DNA of 64,000 nt. It comes from SAR202 cluster bacterium. GTDB taxonomy: Bacteria; Chloroflexota; Dehalococcoidia; Lucifugimonadales; UBA1123. Position numbers and translations under genes: made by a program. The stretch covers positions 10,832 to 74,831 of the forward strand of contig JASMDM010000003.1 in assembly GCA_030752795.1 (NCBI GenBank), in the 5' to 3' direction. Below the pieces are notes generated by a model, which ran no database searches, had not been told where the DNA came from, and saw only the letters and a program-made list of their open reading frames with translations. Below, in pieces: positions 48,674-59,200 of this stretch; position 1 is the first letter of the stretch, and each line of letters opens with the position of its first letter.

Positions 48674-49578
48674 CACAGTTCGAGAAACTGAAATCGAGAA
48701 TCGACAGCGGCGAGGTCATCATCCTGGACGGCGCAACCGGCACCGAGCTCCAGCGTCGCGGAGCGCCGATGCACGGCGTGTGCTGGAGCGCCACGGCGTT
48801 GTCTACTCATCCCGAAATCGTGCGCGAGACACACGAGGACTACATCCGCGCCGGCGCCGACATCATCATCACGAACACGTTTTCGACAGACCGCCCTACC
48901 CTGGCGCTCGCAGGGATGGGAAACAGAGTCGGTGAGCTCAACGCCCGGGCCGTCGCGCTTGCGATGGAAGCGCGCGACTCGACCGCCGACAAACCCGTGT
49001 GCATAGCCGGTTCCATGGCGCGACACGGCGGGGGGTTGGAGCGCGCGCCGACCGCCGATCAGACGAGGACCGGGTATCGCGAGATGGCCCATCTGCTGGC
49101 CGAGGGCGGCGTCGATCTAATCATGCTCGAGATGATGCGCGACATCGAAAGCACTGCCTTCGCGATCGAGGGGGCGCTGTCGACTGGATTGCCGACGTGG
49201 GTCGGATTTAGCGTCAAGTTCGACGAGGACGGGCAGGTCGTGCTGCTCGACAGTCGAGGCGAAAGCTTCGCCGACGCGTTGGATGCGCTGACACCGCTGG
49301 GCGCGAGCCTGGTCTCGGTGATGCATTCCGATCTCGAACAGACCAACGCGGCGCTCGAGATCGTCCGAGAGCGATGGTCAGGGCCGTGGGGCGCCTACGC
49401 GCAGGCGGGCCGGATGACCATGCCGGATTGGCAGTTCGAAGGGATCGCCACTCCCGACGAATACTTGTCTGAAGCCCAGGGTTGGGTTGACGCCGGCGGA
49501 CAATTGATCGGCTGCTGCTGCGGGCTTGGCGCGGAGCACATTCAGGCGCTGAGCGAGGGGCTGTCGAACGACGGCTGA
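48670..49578 (+). CDS. Homocysteine S-methyltransferase family protein
   Basis: ILDGATGTEL, HEDYIRAGADIIITNTF, IAGSM, IGCCCG; ATGA overlap with the pncB stop. Confidence 0.88.
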   Translation: MTQFEKLKSRIDSGEVIILDGATGTELQRRGAPMHGVCWSATALSTHPEIVRETHEDYIRAGADIIITNTFSTDRPTLALAGMGNRVGELNARAVALAMEARDSTADKPVCIAGSMARHGGGLERAPTADQTRTGYREMAHLLAEGGVDLIMLEMMRDIESTAFAIEGALSTGLPTWVGFSVKFDEDGQVVLLDSRGESFADALDALTPLGASLVSVMHSDLEQTNAALEIVRERWSGPWGAYAQAGRMTMPDWQFEGIATPDEYLSEAQGWVDAGGQLIGCCCGLGAEHIQALSEGLSNDG

Positions 49579-49649
49579 CGTCATTCCGGCGGCGCAGCGT
49601 ACTTCCAACGGCTGGCAACCAACCTGCTCAGAGACGCGAGCTCCATCGA

Positions 49650-50269
49650 CTCGCTCGCATACCTTTGCCGCAGCGGCGTCTACGATGTCGGTCGCGGACA
49701 CGCCGGTGAGCGGTTCAGTGTACTCGGGGGCGTATTTGTCGATGGTTCACGCCACTCGTCAAATCCCTCGGTTCGGTATTCGACGAACTTCTCGTCATGA
49801 GGTCCCTGGTCGGGGATCACGCGGGCGATTCCGTTGAACAATGCAACGTCCGTGCCCGGTCGCGGGCGCAGCCAGAGATCGGCGATGTCGCACATCTCTA
49901 TGCGGCGCGGATTGATGACGATCGGCTTGGCGCCACGCTCCACGACCGCGCGCCGCATTCGAGCCGCGGCCACGGGATGGTTCGAGTTGGCGTCTGAGCC
50001 GACGATGACCAGGCATCCGGCCTCATCGTAGTCGACGTACGAATTCGATGTTGCGCCGCTTCCGAGCGCCGCCAGCATCGCCTCGACCAAGGGCGAGTGG
50101 CACAGGCGCGTGCTCGGTCGATGTTGTTGCTCTGCATGACGAGGCGAGCGAACTTCTGCTGGACGTAGTCGTCCTCGTTGGTCGCCTTGGCCGAGCACAG
50201 CGTTCCGAATTCGTCGCCGCGATACCCGCCGAGGCGCAAAGTGACGTAGTCCAGCGCCTCTGGTCCCAC
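49650..50269 (-). pseudogene. Internal fragment of formate dehydrogenase alpha subunit (FdhF-like), frameshifted
   Basis: EALDYV...SAKATNED.YVQQKFAR..SNNID / TRLCHSP...GSGATSNS...HPVAA...RPGTDVALFNG / KYAPEYTEPLTGV, spread over different frames; no N- or C-terminus. Confidence 0.85.
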
Positions 50270-50277
50270 TTACCGGC

Positions 50278-50550
50278 GTGAATTCGGCGACGCAGCAGAA
50301 CACCGCCGCAGCGCAGGAGATGGCTGGGAGCTCGGGCGGGGTCGTAGACTCCATTGAGCTGATCAGCGCGATCTCGCGGCAGAACAGCGCGGCGTCCCAG
50401 GAGATGAGTGCATCCGCCGAAGAGATGAGCGCGCAGGTCTAAGAGGTTGTCGCCTCGGCGCAAAGCCTTGACTCGATGGCACAAGAACTGCAAAAGGCCA
50501 TGTCGGTCTTCAAGCTGAGCAAGAATGGGCAGGCGGCAGACGTCGCCTGA
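50278..50550 (+). pseudogene. C-terminal fragment of a methyl-accepting chemotaxis protein with an internal stop
   Basis: VNSATQQNTAAAQEMA...QNSAASQEMSASAEEMSAQV*EVVASAQSLDSMAQELQKAMSVFKL; TAA at 50440-50442. Confidence 0.8.
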
Positions 50551-50636
50551 TCGCCCTGTAACGTGGAGGCCAGGTTTGCCTCCCGGCTTCCACGGTCCAT
50601 CTAGAACGTACACCCGGCTCGCATAGGGAGCGACAA

Positions 50637-51134
50637 GTGAGCACTACTACTGACTTGGAACGAACCGAGGAGCAATTGGTCGTGTTCGACCTCGCTGCCG
50701 AAGCATTTAGCGTCGACATCGGCTCGGTCCGTGAAATCATCCGAATGCAGGACATCACGCGGGTTCCGGGAGCGCCGGGATTCGTCGAGGGCATCATCAA
50801 CCTTCGTGGCAACGTGATCCCGGTCATCGACCTCAGAAAGAGGTTCGATATTTCGGTGAATGAACTCCACAAGGACAACCGCATCGTCGTCATGGACATC
50901 AGCGGTCAGGACATGGGCGTCGTCGTCGACGCCGTGACCGAGGTGCTGCGGATCTCCGCGGCGTCCGTGGAGCCGCCGTCGTCGGTGATCACAACGGCGG
51001 ACTCGGTCTATCTTCTCGGAATCGTGAAGATGGAAAACCGGATGGTCATCCTGTTGGACCTGGACAAGGTTCTCTCCGACAGGGAAAAAGGCGCCTTGAC
51101 CGATGTCGCCGCAATGGCTGACGCCGCTGACTAA
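50637..51134 (+). CDS. cheW: Chemotaxis coupling protein CheW
   Basis: QLVVFDL, VREII, ITRVPGAPGFVEGIINLRGNVIPVIDL, GVVVDAVTEV, LLDLDKVL. Confidence 0.93.
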   Translation: MSTTTDLERTEEQLVVFDLAAEAFSVDIGSVREIIRMQDITRVPGAPGFVEGIINLRGNVIPVIDLRKRFDISVNELHKDNRIVVMDISGQDMGVVVDAVTEVLRISAASVEPPSSVITTADSVYLLGIVKMENRMVILLDLDKVLSDREKGALTDVAAMADAAD

Positions 51135-51373
51135 CCGGACAGGCGCCGGCTTGATTGATTGAGGCGATTGGTTTGCAGCGAAGGGTTCCCTTCGACTTCT
51201 TCGCACGAGATGCAAGGCAAGCGTAGTATTGCGCCGGAGACGGGTTTTGCGGCCCGTCTCCGGCGCATCGCTTTTTCGTCGCTTGGCCCGTTGATGCGAA
51301 TAGACCCGACCGGCTCTCTTCCCGATGACACCGCCGCCGTCATCATCAGCCGCCGCAACCACAAAAAGTTGGC

Positions 51374-52675
51374 CTAGGCTTGTTCGCGAAGCCTCTTAGA
51401 CACGATCGCGAACGGCACCGCCACAACCAGTCCGGCGACTCCCATCGCGACCATCGCCGCCGTCGCGGACGTCACACCGGCGAACCAACCAACCAGCAAA
51501 CTCGAGCCGACGACGAACCCGTGTCCGTATCGCTGCAGACTGGTCACTCTGCCGCGGAGTTCGTCCGGCGTGAGCGTCTGGATCATTGTCCCCGATGTGG
51601 TGCGAAACGTGTTTTGACTGCCGGCAAAGACAGCAATGGCCACCAGCGCCGCCGGGAGCCACACCGCCTGAGTCAGCGCCAAAGCAATGCAACAGCTAGC
51701 GATTGCGGTAACAAGACAGACCTTTCCACGACCGTAGATGAAGCCGAACGACGCAATGACCACTGCCATAACCAATCCGCCGAAGCCGCTCGCGGCCATC
51801 ATGTAGCCGCCGACATCGGCGCCTCGACCGAGAACTTCCGACGTGAACAGAGGAAGCAAAAACATGACCGGCTGAAGGGCCACGTTCGGCACTAACGTTA
51901 GCATCATCACCAGGAACAGAACGCGGTTTCCGGACCAGACAAACCTTAACCCTTCCGCCATGTCCGACAACATTCCGCTCACCCCGGACGCCACGCCACT
52001 CCTGGAAATCGTGTATGGCGTCTTCATCGGCAGGTAGGCCAATATCATGCCGACGTACAGCATTGACTCGATCGTAAAGTTCCAGAAGAAACCAAGAGTC
52101 GCAACGATGATGCCGCCGATGAAAGGACCGATCATCCGCGTCCCGGGGATTGTCAGGACGTTGGCCGCATACGCATTGATCAATGCTTCCCGAGGGACGG
52201 TGTTGGCTATCAGCGCCTGGCGCATCGGCTGGCTCACCGAAAGGCAACCGCCGCTGACGATCGCGTATGCGTACACGTGCCATACGGCGACGGCGTCCGA
52301 GCGCACCAACATCGCGAACGAAAAGGCGAAAACCCCCATGAAGATCTGGATCGAAATCACGAGCTTGCGCCGGTCGACCCTATCGCCGAGGACGCCGCCC
52401 CAAGGTCCGATCAACAGGCCGGGCAGCGTATTGATCCCGCCAACCGTGACTACGAGCAGTGAGGAATTCGACGATCCTTCGGTCAGGTGATGGATAAGCC
52501 AACCCAGCGACATCAGTTGCAACCATTGTGCCGAGTTGGCGCAAAAGTTTCCGGTCCAAAGAAACCGGTAGTCGCGGTATTTCGCCCAGGCGTCGAACGT
52601 CCGCGGACGCGGCAACCTAGTGGTGAATCGTTGACCTATGGCGCTGCTCTTTTCGTGCTGGATGAAGACGGGCAC
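51374..52675 (-). CDS. MFS transporter
   Basis: RDYRFLW, GVLGDRVDRRK, PMRQALI, GPFIGG, PDELRGRV; start uncertain. Confidence 0.88.
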   Translation of the reverse strand: MPVFIQHEKSSAIGQRFTTRLPRPRTFDAWAKYRDYRFLWTGNFCANSAQWLQLMSLGWLIHHLTEGSSNSSLLVVTVGGINTLPGLLIGPWGGVLGDRVDRRKLVISIQIFMGVFAFSFAMLVRSDAVAVWHVYAYAIVSGGCLSVSQPMRQALIANTVPREALINAYAANVLTIPGTRMIGPFIGGIIVATLGFFWNFTIESMLYVGMILAYLPMKTPYTISRSGVASGVSGMLSDMAEGLRFVWSGNRVLFLVMMLTLVPNVALQPVMFLLPLFTSEVLGRGADVGGYMMAASGFGGLVMAVVIASFGFIYGRGKVCLVTAIASCCIALALTQAVWLPAALVAIAVFAGSQNTFRTTSGTMIQTLTPDELRGRVTSLQRYGHGFVVGSSLLVGWFAGVTSATAAMVAMGVAGLVVAVPFAIVSKRLREQA

Positions 52676-52838
52676 AAGCTTACTACAAAGGGGATGTGGC
52701 GGGCTACGCAGACGTCCCGCCGACCCGGCTTTCAGCACATTTTACGATCTGTCCTGCTAGCCGATTTCAAAGCGTCGCGTCCGTTCGACAGCGATTCAGC
52801 AGCGGTCGTGTGTTCATGGCGAGCACCGGAATCGCGGC

Positions 52839-53726
52839 ATGGCAAAAACTACTCGCACCGCAACAAAGCATCGAACCGGAATCTACGTAGACGTCCAGAA
52901 CTTCCAAGAGATAGCCCGCGAACTACTCTGCATCTTGATCAGCCGCTGGCTCGACGTTATGCCGGAACCTTCGACCCTGAACCTTTACGTCCGGGCAGAC
53001 CACCAGCAACTTTGGCGCGTTTGGGCCACCTACCAGTTCAGCGACCTCGAAGTCACGGTCAAGGGCGTTCAGCACTACAGCCTTGCCGCGACCAAAAACG
53101 CGGCCGACATGGCGATCGCCGTCGATGCGATCTCCGACCTGCTTCATGAGCGCATCAGCCACGTCGCGGTCGTCAGCGACGACTCGGACTTCATCGCGCT
53201 ATTCGCAAAGCTCGCCGAGGAGATCGAGGACAAGCCAGACGAGTTCGACCGAGTGCCGTTCTTGTGGGTGCTGACGGATCGACGAGACACCAATTCCGTG
53301 CTCCTCAAGGAGTTCTTCCCGTGGGAGTACCTGCACGTCGTGGACAGGTCGTTGCCTCCAGTCGAATTCGATGACGATATCGTCGCCGAAGCTGGCCCTG
53401 AGCTCGAAGAAGAACCAGCCGAAGAACAGGATCAAACCGACGCAAACGACTCGTTGTCGCCGGCGCAGATCAACGAGCAGATCGCCATGATGTTGGTCAG
53501 CGAAATGCCGGTAGGCAAGTTCAAGAGCATAGGCTGCCAGTTCATCATTCGCGACAATTTCCCGCAACATACGCTGTCAGGCGCGGACGGTCCGGCGTTC
53601 GGTCAGATCTTCGAACGCGAGATACTTCCGATTCTCGAGAACTGGGGCTGCCGCGAAATCGGGGCCCAGCGACCATGCCTGTATGAGATCACGCAAGAGG
53701 CCAAGCAGGCATTGTCCCAAGGATAG
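52839..53726 (+). CDS. NYN domain (LabA/PIN-like) protein
   Basis: IYVDVQN, KNAADMAIAVDA, VSDDSDF, acidic linker and C-terminal domain. Confidence 0.8.
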   Translation: MAKTTRTATKHRTGIYVDVQNFQEIARELLCILISRWLDVMPEPSTLNLYVRADHQQLWRVWATYQFSDLEVTVKGVQHYSLAATKNAADMAIAVDAISDLLHERISHVAVVSDDSDFIALFAKLAEEIEDKPDEFDRVPFLWVLTDRRDTNSVLLKEFFPWEYLHVVDRSLPPVEFDDDIVAEAGPELEEEPAEEQDQTDANDSLSPAQINEQIAMMLVSEMPVGKFKSIGCQFIIRDNFPQHTLSGADGPAFGQIFEREILPILENWGCREIGAQRPCLYEITQEAKQALSQG

Positions 53727-53741
53727 CGACTCGAAGCACCG

Positions 53742-54587
53742 TCACTCGCCTGAAGACGAAGCGCCGCCGAAGACGTTCTGTTTGCTTGCGTGAAGGTACC
53801 TCGTGGCGATGAACGTCAGCGGCTTTCTCGCGGCCGGGAATTCGCTCTTCAACGATGCGAACACGTCGGTAAGCTCGAGCGTCCGCGCCGTCGGATGGTT
53901 CTGCGTCATGCCGTAAAACTTTCGCCCGTCCCGCTCGTAGTCCTCCAAGGTTCGGCGAAGCCGCAACGATCTTGGCACAACACCGCCCCTGCCCTTGTCG
54001 GTCCGCCCGTGGGATCGCTGAGCATGATCCGGAAACACGCCGGTCACGAACAAGCAAACGTCCGCGATGCGTTTGTAATAGCCAAACCGCTCCACCGGGT
54101 CTACGGTCGCGACGAATCGGACCAAGCTGTCGACGTCCATGTCGTCGTATCGGATCCGTCTCCGTATCCCCTTCCGTACCCTGACCGGAACGACGTAGCT
54201 TTGAATGCGGGTGAACGATGCCAGCATCGAAGCCAGATACTCGATGATCTGAGGACGCTTCATGAACTCCAGCACGTCGTCGGTATCGAAAACCGGAATG
54301 CTTTCGCGCCCGGACCTTTCGATGGTGTACGTTTCGGTTTGCAATTCGCGATGCGCCCGACGGAGCAGCACCTCGAAGTAGAGGGAGGGCGACACGTGAA
54401 GGAATATCTCTTCGTCGTTCATCACGCGCTCGAATAGACCGTCGTCGCCAACCATCGCCGCCCTGAACTCGGCGTCTTCTCCCAGCAACCGCCGAAGCCG
54501 CCCCGGCGAATCCGAGCTCGGCGCCGCTGCGTCGATGATGAAATCCAGATCCTTGTCGGGAATCCAGCCGTGTGTTTGTGATGTCAT
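53742..54587 (-). CDS. Conserved hypothetical protein
   Basis: 281 aa; VSPSLYFEVLLRRA, YLASMLASF, KRIADVCLFVTGVFPD. Confidence 0.7.
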   Translation of the reverse strand: MTSQTHGWIPDKDLDFIIDAAAPSSDSPGRLRRLLGEDAEFRAAMVGDDGLFERVMNDEEIFLHVSPSLYFEVLLRRAHRELQTETYTIERSGRESIPVFDTDDVLEFMKRPQIIEYLASMLASFTRIQSYVVPVRVRKGIRRRIRYDDMDVDSLVRFVATVDPVERFGYYKRIADVCLFVTGVFPDHAQRSHGRTDKGRGGVVPRSLRLRRTLEDYERDGRKFYGMTQNHPTARTLELTDVFASLKSEFPAARKPLTFIATRYLHASKQNVFGGASSSGE

Positions 54588-54767
54588 GCCACCGGTGACC
54601 TCAAGCGACTGAGCATTCTCACCTGGGCCTCGCCTGGATTGGGCGTCCAAGAAAGGCGGTCAGCTCTGCGAAGCCGCAGCCATCTTCGAACTGTCAGGAC
54701 AAGCAATTTCAGAGGAGACGGCGATAAGGTTCGCCCTGCAGAACTGGACGTCAGAGATTCCGACCCG

Positions 54768-55721
54768 TTAACGCTGGTCGAACATGGCGCCGACGGACTG
54801 GCCGGCGTGAATGCGGCTCATAGCCTCGCCGAGGAGCGACGCCACCGATAGGATTTTGGTCTTGGATGTGCGTTTGCCGTCGCCGATGGGCAGCGTGTCG
54901 GTCACGACGAGCTCTTTCACGACGCTGTTGTTGATGAGCTCGGGCGCGCGAGCCGACAGAACGCCGTGGGTCACTCCGCACCAGATCTCTTTGGCGCCGT
55001 GTTTTTGTAGCAGCTCCGCGGCAGCGATGACGGTGCCGCCGGTGCCGATTTCGTCGTCAACAATGATCGCCGTCCGGCCTTCGACTTCGCCGATCAGGTT
55101 TTCCGCCTCAACCTGTTCTTTGTTGCCGATGCGATGTTTCTCGATGATGGCAAGGTCGGCGTCCAGGAACCTGGCGGTGTCTCCTGCCCTCTTGGCGTCG
55201 CCGACGTCGGTCGCGGCGACCACCATGTCTTTGAAGTTGTGCCCCATGTAATACTGGGCGAGCATCGGGATGGCGGAAAGTTCGTCCACAGGGATGTTGA
55301 AAAAGCCTTGGATCTGTCCGGCGTGCAGGTCGATGGTCAAAACGCGGTCAGCTCCGGCGGTCTCAATTAGGTTTGCAACGAGGCGAGCCGTGATCGGTAC
55401 ACGTGGCTGGTCTTTCTTGTCGCTGCGACCGTAGGCGTAGTAAGGAACCACGGCGGTGATCCGGCCGGCCGAAGCACGCTTCGCCGCGTCGAGCATGATA
55501 AGCAGCTCCATGAGGTTGTCGTTAACAGGGGTGCTTATCGGTTGAACGATGAAGACGTCGCATTCACGGATATTCTCGAGGATCCGGACGAAGGTGTTGT
55601 CGTTGGAGAACTTAAACACTTCAATCTGGGCGGGGCTCACGCCCAAGTAGACGCATATGTCTTTGAGCAACTGTGGATGGGCGTTTCCGGAAAATACTTT
55701 GAGATCCTCGAAAACCGGCAT
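54768..55721 (-). CDS. prs: Ribose-phosphate pyrophosphokinase
   Basis: VVPYYAYGRSDKK, DLHAGQIQGFF, IIVDDEIGTGGT, THGVLS. Confidence 0.95.
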   Translation of the reverse strand: MPVFEDLKVFSGNAHPQLLKDICVYLGVSPAQIEVFKFSNDNTFVRILENIRECDVFIVQPISTPVNDNLMELLIMLDAAKRASAGRITAVVPYYAYGRSDKKDQPRVPITARLVANLIETAGADRVLTIDLHAGQIQGFFNIPVDELSAIPMLAQYYMGHNFKDMVVAATDVGDAKRAGDTARFLDADLAIIEKHRIGNKEQVEAENLIGEVEGRTAIIVDDEIGTGGTVIAAAELLQKHGAKEIWCGVTHGVLSARAPELINNSVVKELVVTDTLPIGDGKRTSKTKILSVASLLGEAMSRIHAGQSVGAMFDQR

Positions 55722-55930
55722 CGTCACCTCCCGAGTGCCGACGTGCTGCAGCTCCGCGCGGCGCCGCGACAAGGCGAGTTGTCCGTCGGTCGGAACGTAC
55801 GCCCGAGGATCGCGAGCGCCACGAATTATAGCATAAGGATCAGGCTAAATACCGCAGATTTAGCCGCATTCGACACCGTCTTGTGATAGCATTCACTAGT
55901 CTTTGAAGAGCCAATCAGACAGCGGATCCG

Positions 55931-57175
55931 TTGACCTTGAACACCAACATCCCCGAACGTCCCCGTCTGCGCCCCGTCGAGCCGCATTGGATAGAGCACC
56001 AAGGAATGCCGTGCCTGTACCTGCGCGACCCGTTGAACCTGTCGGACTTCACGATCTTGCTGCCACAAAGTGTCGCTCCTGCCGTCGCGCTCATGGACGG
56101 AGAGCGAACCATCGCCGAGATCCGCACCTCGCTGGCCCTCCGCGCCGGCATCACGATGACGGATGCGAACTTGACCGACATGGTCGCGCAGCTTGATCGC
56201 GCCCTGCTCATCGAGAACGGCGCGTACGTCGGCGCCGTCGCTGAAGCGCTGAACGCGTATCGCGAGGCCGAATATCGGCCGCCGTCGCATGCCGGGGCCG
56301 TCTACCCTGAGCGGGCTGACGAGCTCGCGGAGACGCTGAACGGTTATCTGGCGGCTGTCCACTCCTCGAGCGAACGATCGGCGACCGGCTCACTTGTCGG
56401 CATGGTTTGCCCTCACATCGACTACAACCGGGGCCACGCCACGTATGCCGAGGTCTGGCAAGCTGCGGCGCCGGATCTGGCAGACGTCGAGCTTGTTGTC
56501 ATCCTGGGCACCAATCACAGCGGAAGCCCGGGCAGCGTGACGTTGACTCGCCAAAGCTACGCAACCCCGTATGGCGCCTTGCCAAACGACACCGAGATCG
56601 TCGACCGGTTAGCCGACGCGATGGATGGCGCCGGCGCGTTCGGCGAAGAGATACACCACACATCGGAGCACTCCATCGAACTAGCCGCCGTTTGGCTGCA
56701 CCACTTCACGCGATCGAGAGACGTGAAGGTCGTGCCTGCATTGTGCGGATCGTTCGCCCATGTCACCAGCGGCGTCTCCGAACCCGGAGACATCGGACGG
56801 CTCGACGCGTTCATCGACGTCATGGGCGGCGTCATCGCCCAAAGGCGGGCGTTGGTGATCGCGGCCGGCGACCTAGCCCACGTCGGACCGGCGTTCGGCG
56901 ACCGGCTTCCGTTGGATGCTGACGCGCGGTCCAACCTGGCCACCGCCGATCAAAAGTCGATCGATGCGATTTTGGCAGGTGACCCAGAAGCGTTTCTCGA
57001 TCTGTCACGACAGGAAGAGGATGCCCGAAAGATCTGCGGATTGTCAGCGATCTACCTGACATTGCGGTTGCTCCAAGGAGCCCAGGGCGAAGCGTTTGGC
57101 TACGATCAGTGCCCGGCCGACGATCAGAACGGCTCAGCGGTGTCGATCGTCGGCGCGCTGCTGTATGATGGCTAA
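55931..57175 (+). CDS. MEMO1 family / AmmeMemoRadiSam protein B, long form with N-terminal extension
   Basis: HAGAVYP, PHIDY, LGTNH, EHSIE, GDLAHVGPAFGD, ICG, SAVS. Confidence 0.88.
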   Translation: MTLNTNIPERPRLRPVEPHWIEHQGMPCLYLRDPLNLSDFTILLPQSVAPAVALMDGERTIAEIRTSLALRAGITMTDANLTDMVAQLDRALLIENGAYVGAVAEALNAYREAEYRPPSHAGAVYPERADELAETLNGYLAAVHSSSERSATGSLVGMVCPHIDYNRGHATYAEVWQAAAPDLADVELVVILGTNHSGSPGSVTLTRQSYATPYGALPNDTEIVDRLADAMDGAGAFGEEIHHTSEHSIELAAVWLHHFTRSRDVKVVPALCGSFAHVTSGVSEPGDIGRLDAFIDVMGGVIAQRRALVIAAGDLAHVGPAFGDRLPLDADARSNLATADQKSIDAILAGDPEAFLDLSRQEEDARKICGLSAIYLTLRLLQGAQGEAFGYDQCPADDQNGSAVSIVGALLYDG

Positions 57176-57222
57176 TCATCAATTCCCGAAGCAACTTGCG
57201 TGCCCAGGCGGTGCCGGTAGAC

Positions 57223-58005
57223 ATGCCAGATAATTCCTCTCCCAAATACCCATCGGTCCTGACAATAGGCGTTGTAGGCTTGCCTGAAATCGAGCCCGGC
57301 GTGAACCTGGGGCATATGATCGCCGAGGCTGCCGAACGGCAAGGAACGCCTATATCTCATGACGACATCCTGGTTGTGACGCAGAAGATCGTGTCCAAGG
57401 CGGAAGATCGCGTCGTCGAGCTCAGCAGCGTCGAGCCGTCGGAGTTCGCGGCGGCGTACGCGGCGGCGGCAGGTCGCGACCCCCGGCTCGTCGAGCTAGT
57501 TCTGCGAGAGAGTGCGGCCATCGTGCGGATGGACGCCGAACGAGGCGTGCTCATCACGGAGACGCATCACGGTTTCGTTTGCGCCAACGCTGGCATCGAC
57601 ATGTCCAACGTGCCAGACGAAGAGTCCGCTTGCCTGCTTCCTGTAGACCCGGACGCATCGGCGAGACGGATACGTGCCGAGGTGGAGAAACAAACCGGCA
57701 TCGCTCCCCCCATCATTATCTCCGACACTTTCGGTCGGGCGTGGCGGGACGGTCACGTGAATTTCGCTGTCGGCATCGCGGGAATGGATCCGATGGTGGA
57801 CTATCGCGGCACCGATGACGCGCACGGCAGAACGATGCACGTGACTACCATCGCGGTGGCAGACGAGTTGGCGGCGACCGCCGAGTTGGTCACGGCCAAA
57901 GCGATCAACGTGCCCGTGGCGATCATTCGGGGACTGCCCTACGCGAGTGCGGTTGGATCCACGTCGGCTCTACTTCGAGAGCGATCGCGCGACATGTTCA
58001 GGTAG
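57223..58005 (+). CDS. cofE: Coenzyme F420-0:L-glutamate ligase
   Basis: GLPEIEPG, VVTQKIVSKAE, CANAGIDMSN, LLPVDPDASA, SDTFGRAWRDG, AVADELA, DMFR. Confidence 0.93.
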   Translation: MPDNSSPKYPSVLTIGVVGLPEIEPGVNLGHMIAEAAERQGTPISHDDILVVTQKIVSKAEDRVVELSSVEPSEFAAAYAAAAGRDPRLVELVLRESAAIVRMDAERGVLITETHHGFVCANAGIDMSNVPDEESACLLPVDPDASARRIRAEVEKQTGIAPPIIISDTFGRAWRDGHVNFAVGIAGMDPMVDYRGTDDAHGRTMHVTTIAVADELAATAELVTAKAINVPVAIIRGLPYASAVGSTSALLRERSRDMFR

Positions 58006-58395
58006 CCGGCGCCCGCCGTCGATCTCTGGGCTCTGGCGAAGAAGCAAATACGCCGCGAAGATCGCGGTCCCCGTATCGCATCGACGCCGGATTCGTGCCT
58101 CGAACGGCTGACATTGCCATCATGCCGTGGCAGCAACGACCCCCATTCATCCTCTCATGGCTCTGTGGTTGGCATTCGGCATAGGCATTATTCGAGGCGC
58201 CTGATCCGGAGCAACGCCAGGACGACGCCTTGCCCAAGCATAACAGCATCGACCTGCACCAAGAATATTGCTGTTGAGGAAACAACCGGTCGGGACATGC
58301 CCGGGTGCTGGCGCCGTGAAAAGCCGCCTTTCAACCGGTGCATGGTGAGGAAAATGTGAGAAGTTCAATATTTCGACGCATTTAATGCATTTTAG

Positions 58396-58425
58396 TTGAC
58401 ACATTCGGAGAACCAATTCTATACT
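58396..58425 (+). promoter_or_regulatory. Sigma70-type promoter
   Basis: TTGACA - 18 nt - TATACT upstream of the AGGAGG RBS. Confidence 0.65.
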
Positions 58426-58460
58426 TGGGAAAGCCTGTTCAAGAGTAGGAGGCGGCCTGC

Positions 58461-59093
58461 ATGGAAGGAACTCGACTTCGAATCCTGGAGTTGTTGCAGA
58501 AAAACAGCCATGACACGGTCGGTGGTTTGGCGACCGAATTGGGTTTGGCCCCGGCGACTGTGAGGCGTCACCTGGACATCTTACAGCGCGATCGCATGGT
58601 TACTTTCGAAGAAGTCCGCAAGAAGACCGGCCGGCCTGAGTACTCCTTTTACCTCACAGAGGAGGGGCAGGAGGCGATGCCGAAAGGCTATGACCACCTG
58701 TTGCGCCTGCTTGTCGAGGAATTGGGAGTCTTGACGTCCAACGAACTCGACGGCCTCGGCGGTCAAGACGTGTTGGAAGTTGTGTTCGGTAGACTGTCTG
58801 CAAAATTGGGGATGGACAACGCAGCCAACTCGGAGTCCGACAGCATCGACGACCGCAAGGACGCGTTGTTGGGCATCCTTCAGAGCGAGGACTTTGTGCC
58901 CGAAGCTGCCATCATCGACGGCAAGCTTCAGATCAGGCTGCAAAACTGCCCATTCCGTTCAGTGGCCATGGCCAACACGGCCGTGTGCGACTTCGACGCC
59001 GCTGTGATCAACGCATCGATCGGTCAAGAGATGACTCGTATCGAGTGCATTCACGACGGCGACCCTGCCTGCATTTATGTGCAGGCTGAATGA
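58461..59093 (+). CDS. wHTH transcriptional regulator, SufR-like with C-terminal Cys cluster
   Basis: TRLRIL, LATELGLAPATVRRHL, GRP, NCPF...VC...C...C. Confidence 0.82.
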   Translation: MEGTRLRILELLQKNSHDTVGGLATELGLAPATVRRHLDILQRDRMVTFEEVRKKTGRPEYSFYLTEEGQEAMPKGYDHLLRLLVEELGVLTSNELDGLGGQDVLEVVFGRLSAKLGMDNAANSESDSIDDRKDALLGILQSEDFVPEAAIIDGKLQIRLQNCPFRSVAMANTAVCDFDAAVINASIGQEMTRIECIHDGDPACIYVQAE

Positions 59094-59200
59094 TCGTCAC
59101 CACTTCCTGAAATCTGAGCGCACAGCGATCATTTGATCGTGGAACACGTCGGCGGACTTCGACCGCCGAATTCGCGCCATGATGGTCGCGAGCTCTAATC

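Noticed and set aside
50090-50125. Possible Sec codon in the fdhF fragment
   Set aside because: The active-site codon is TGC (TRLCHSP), so it is a Cys form
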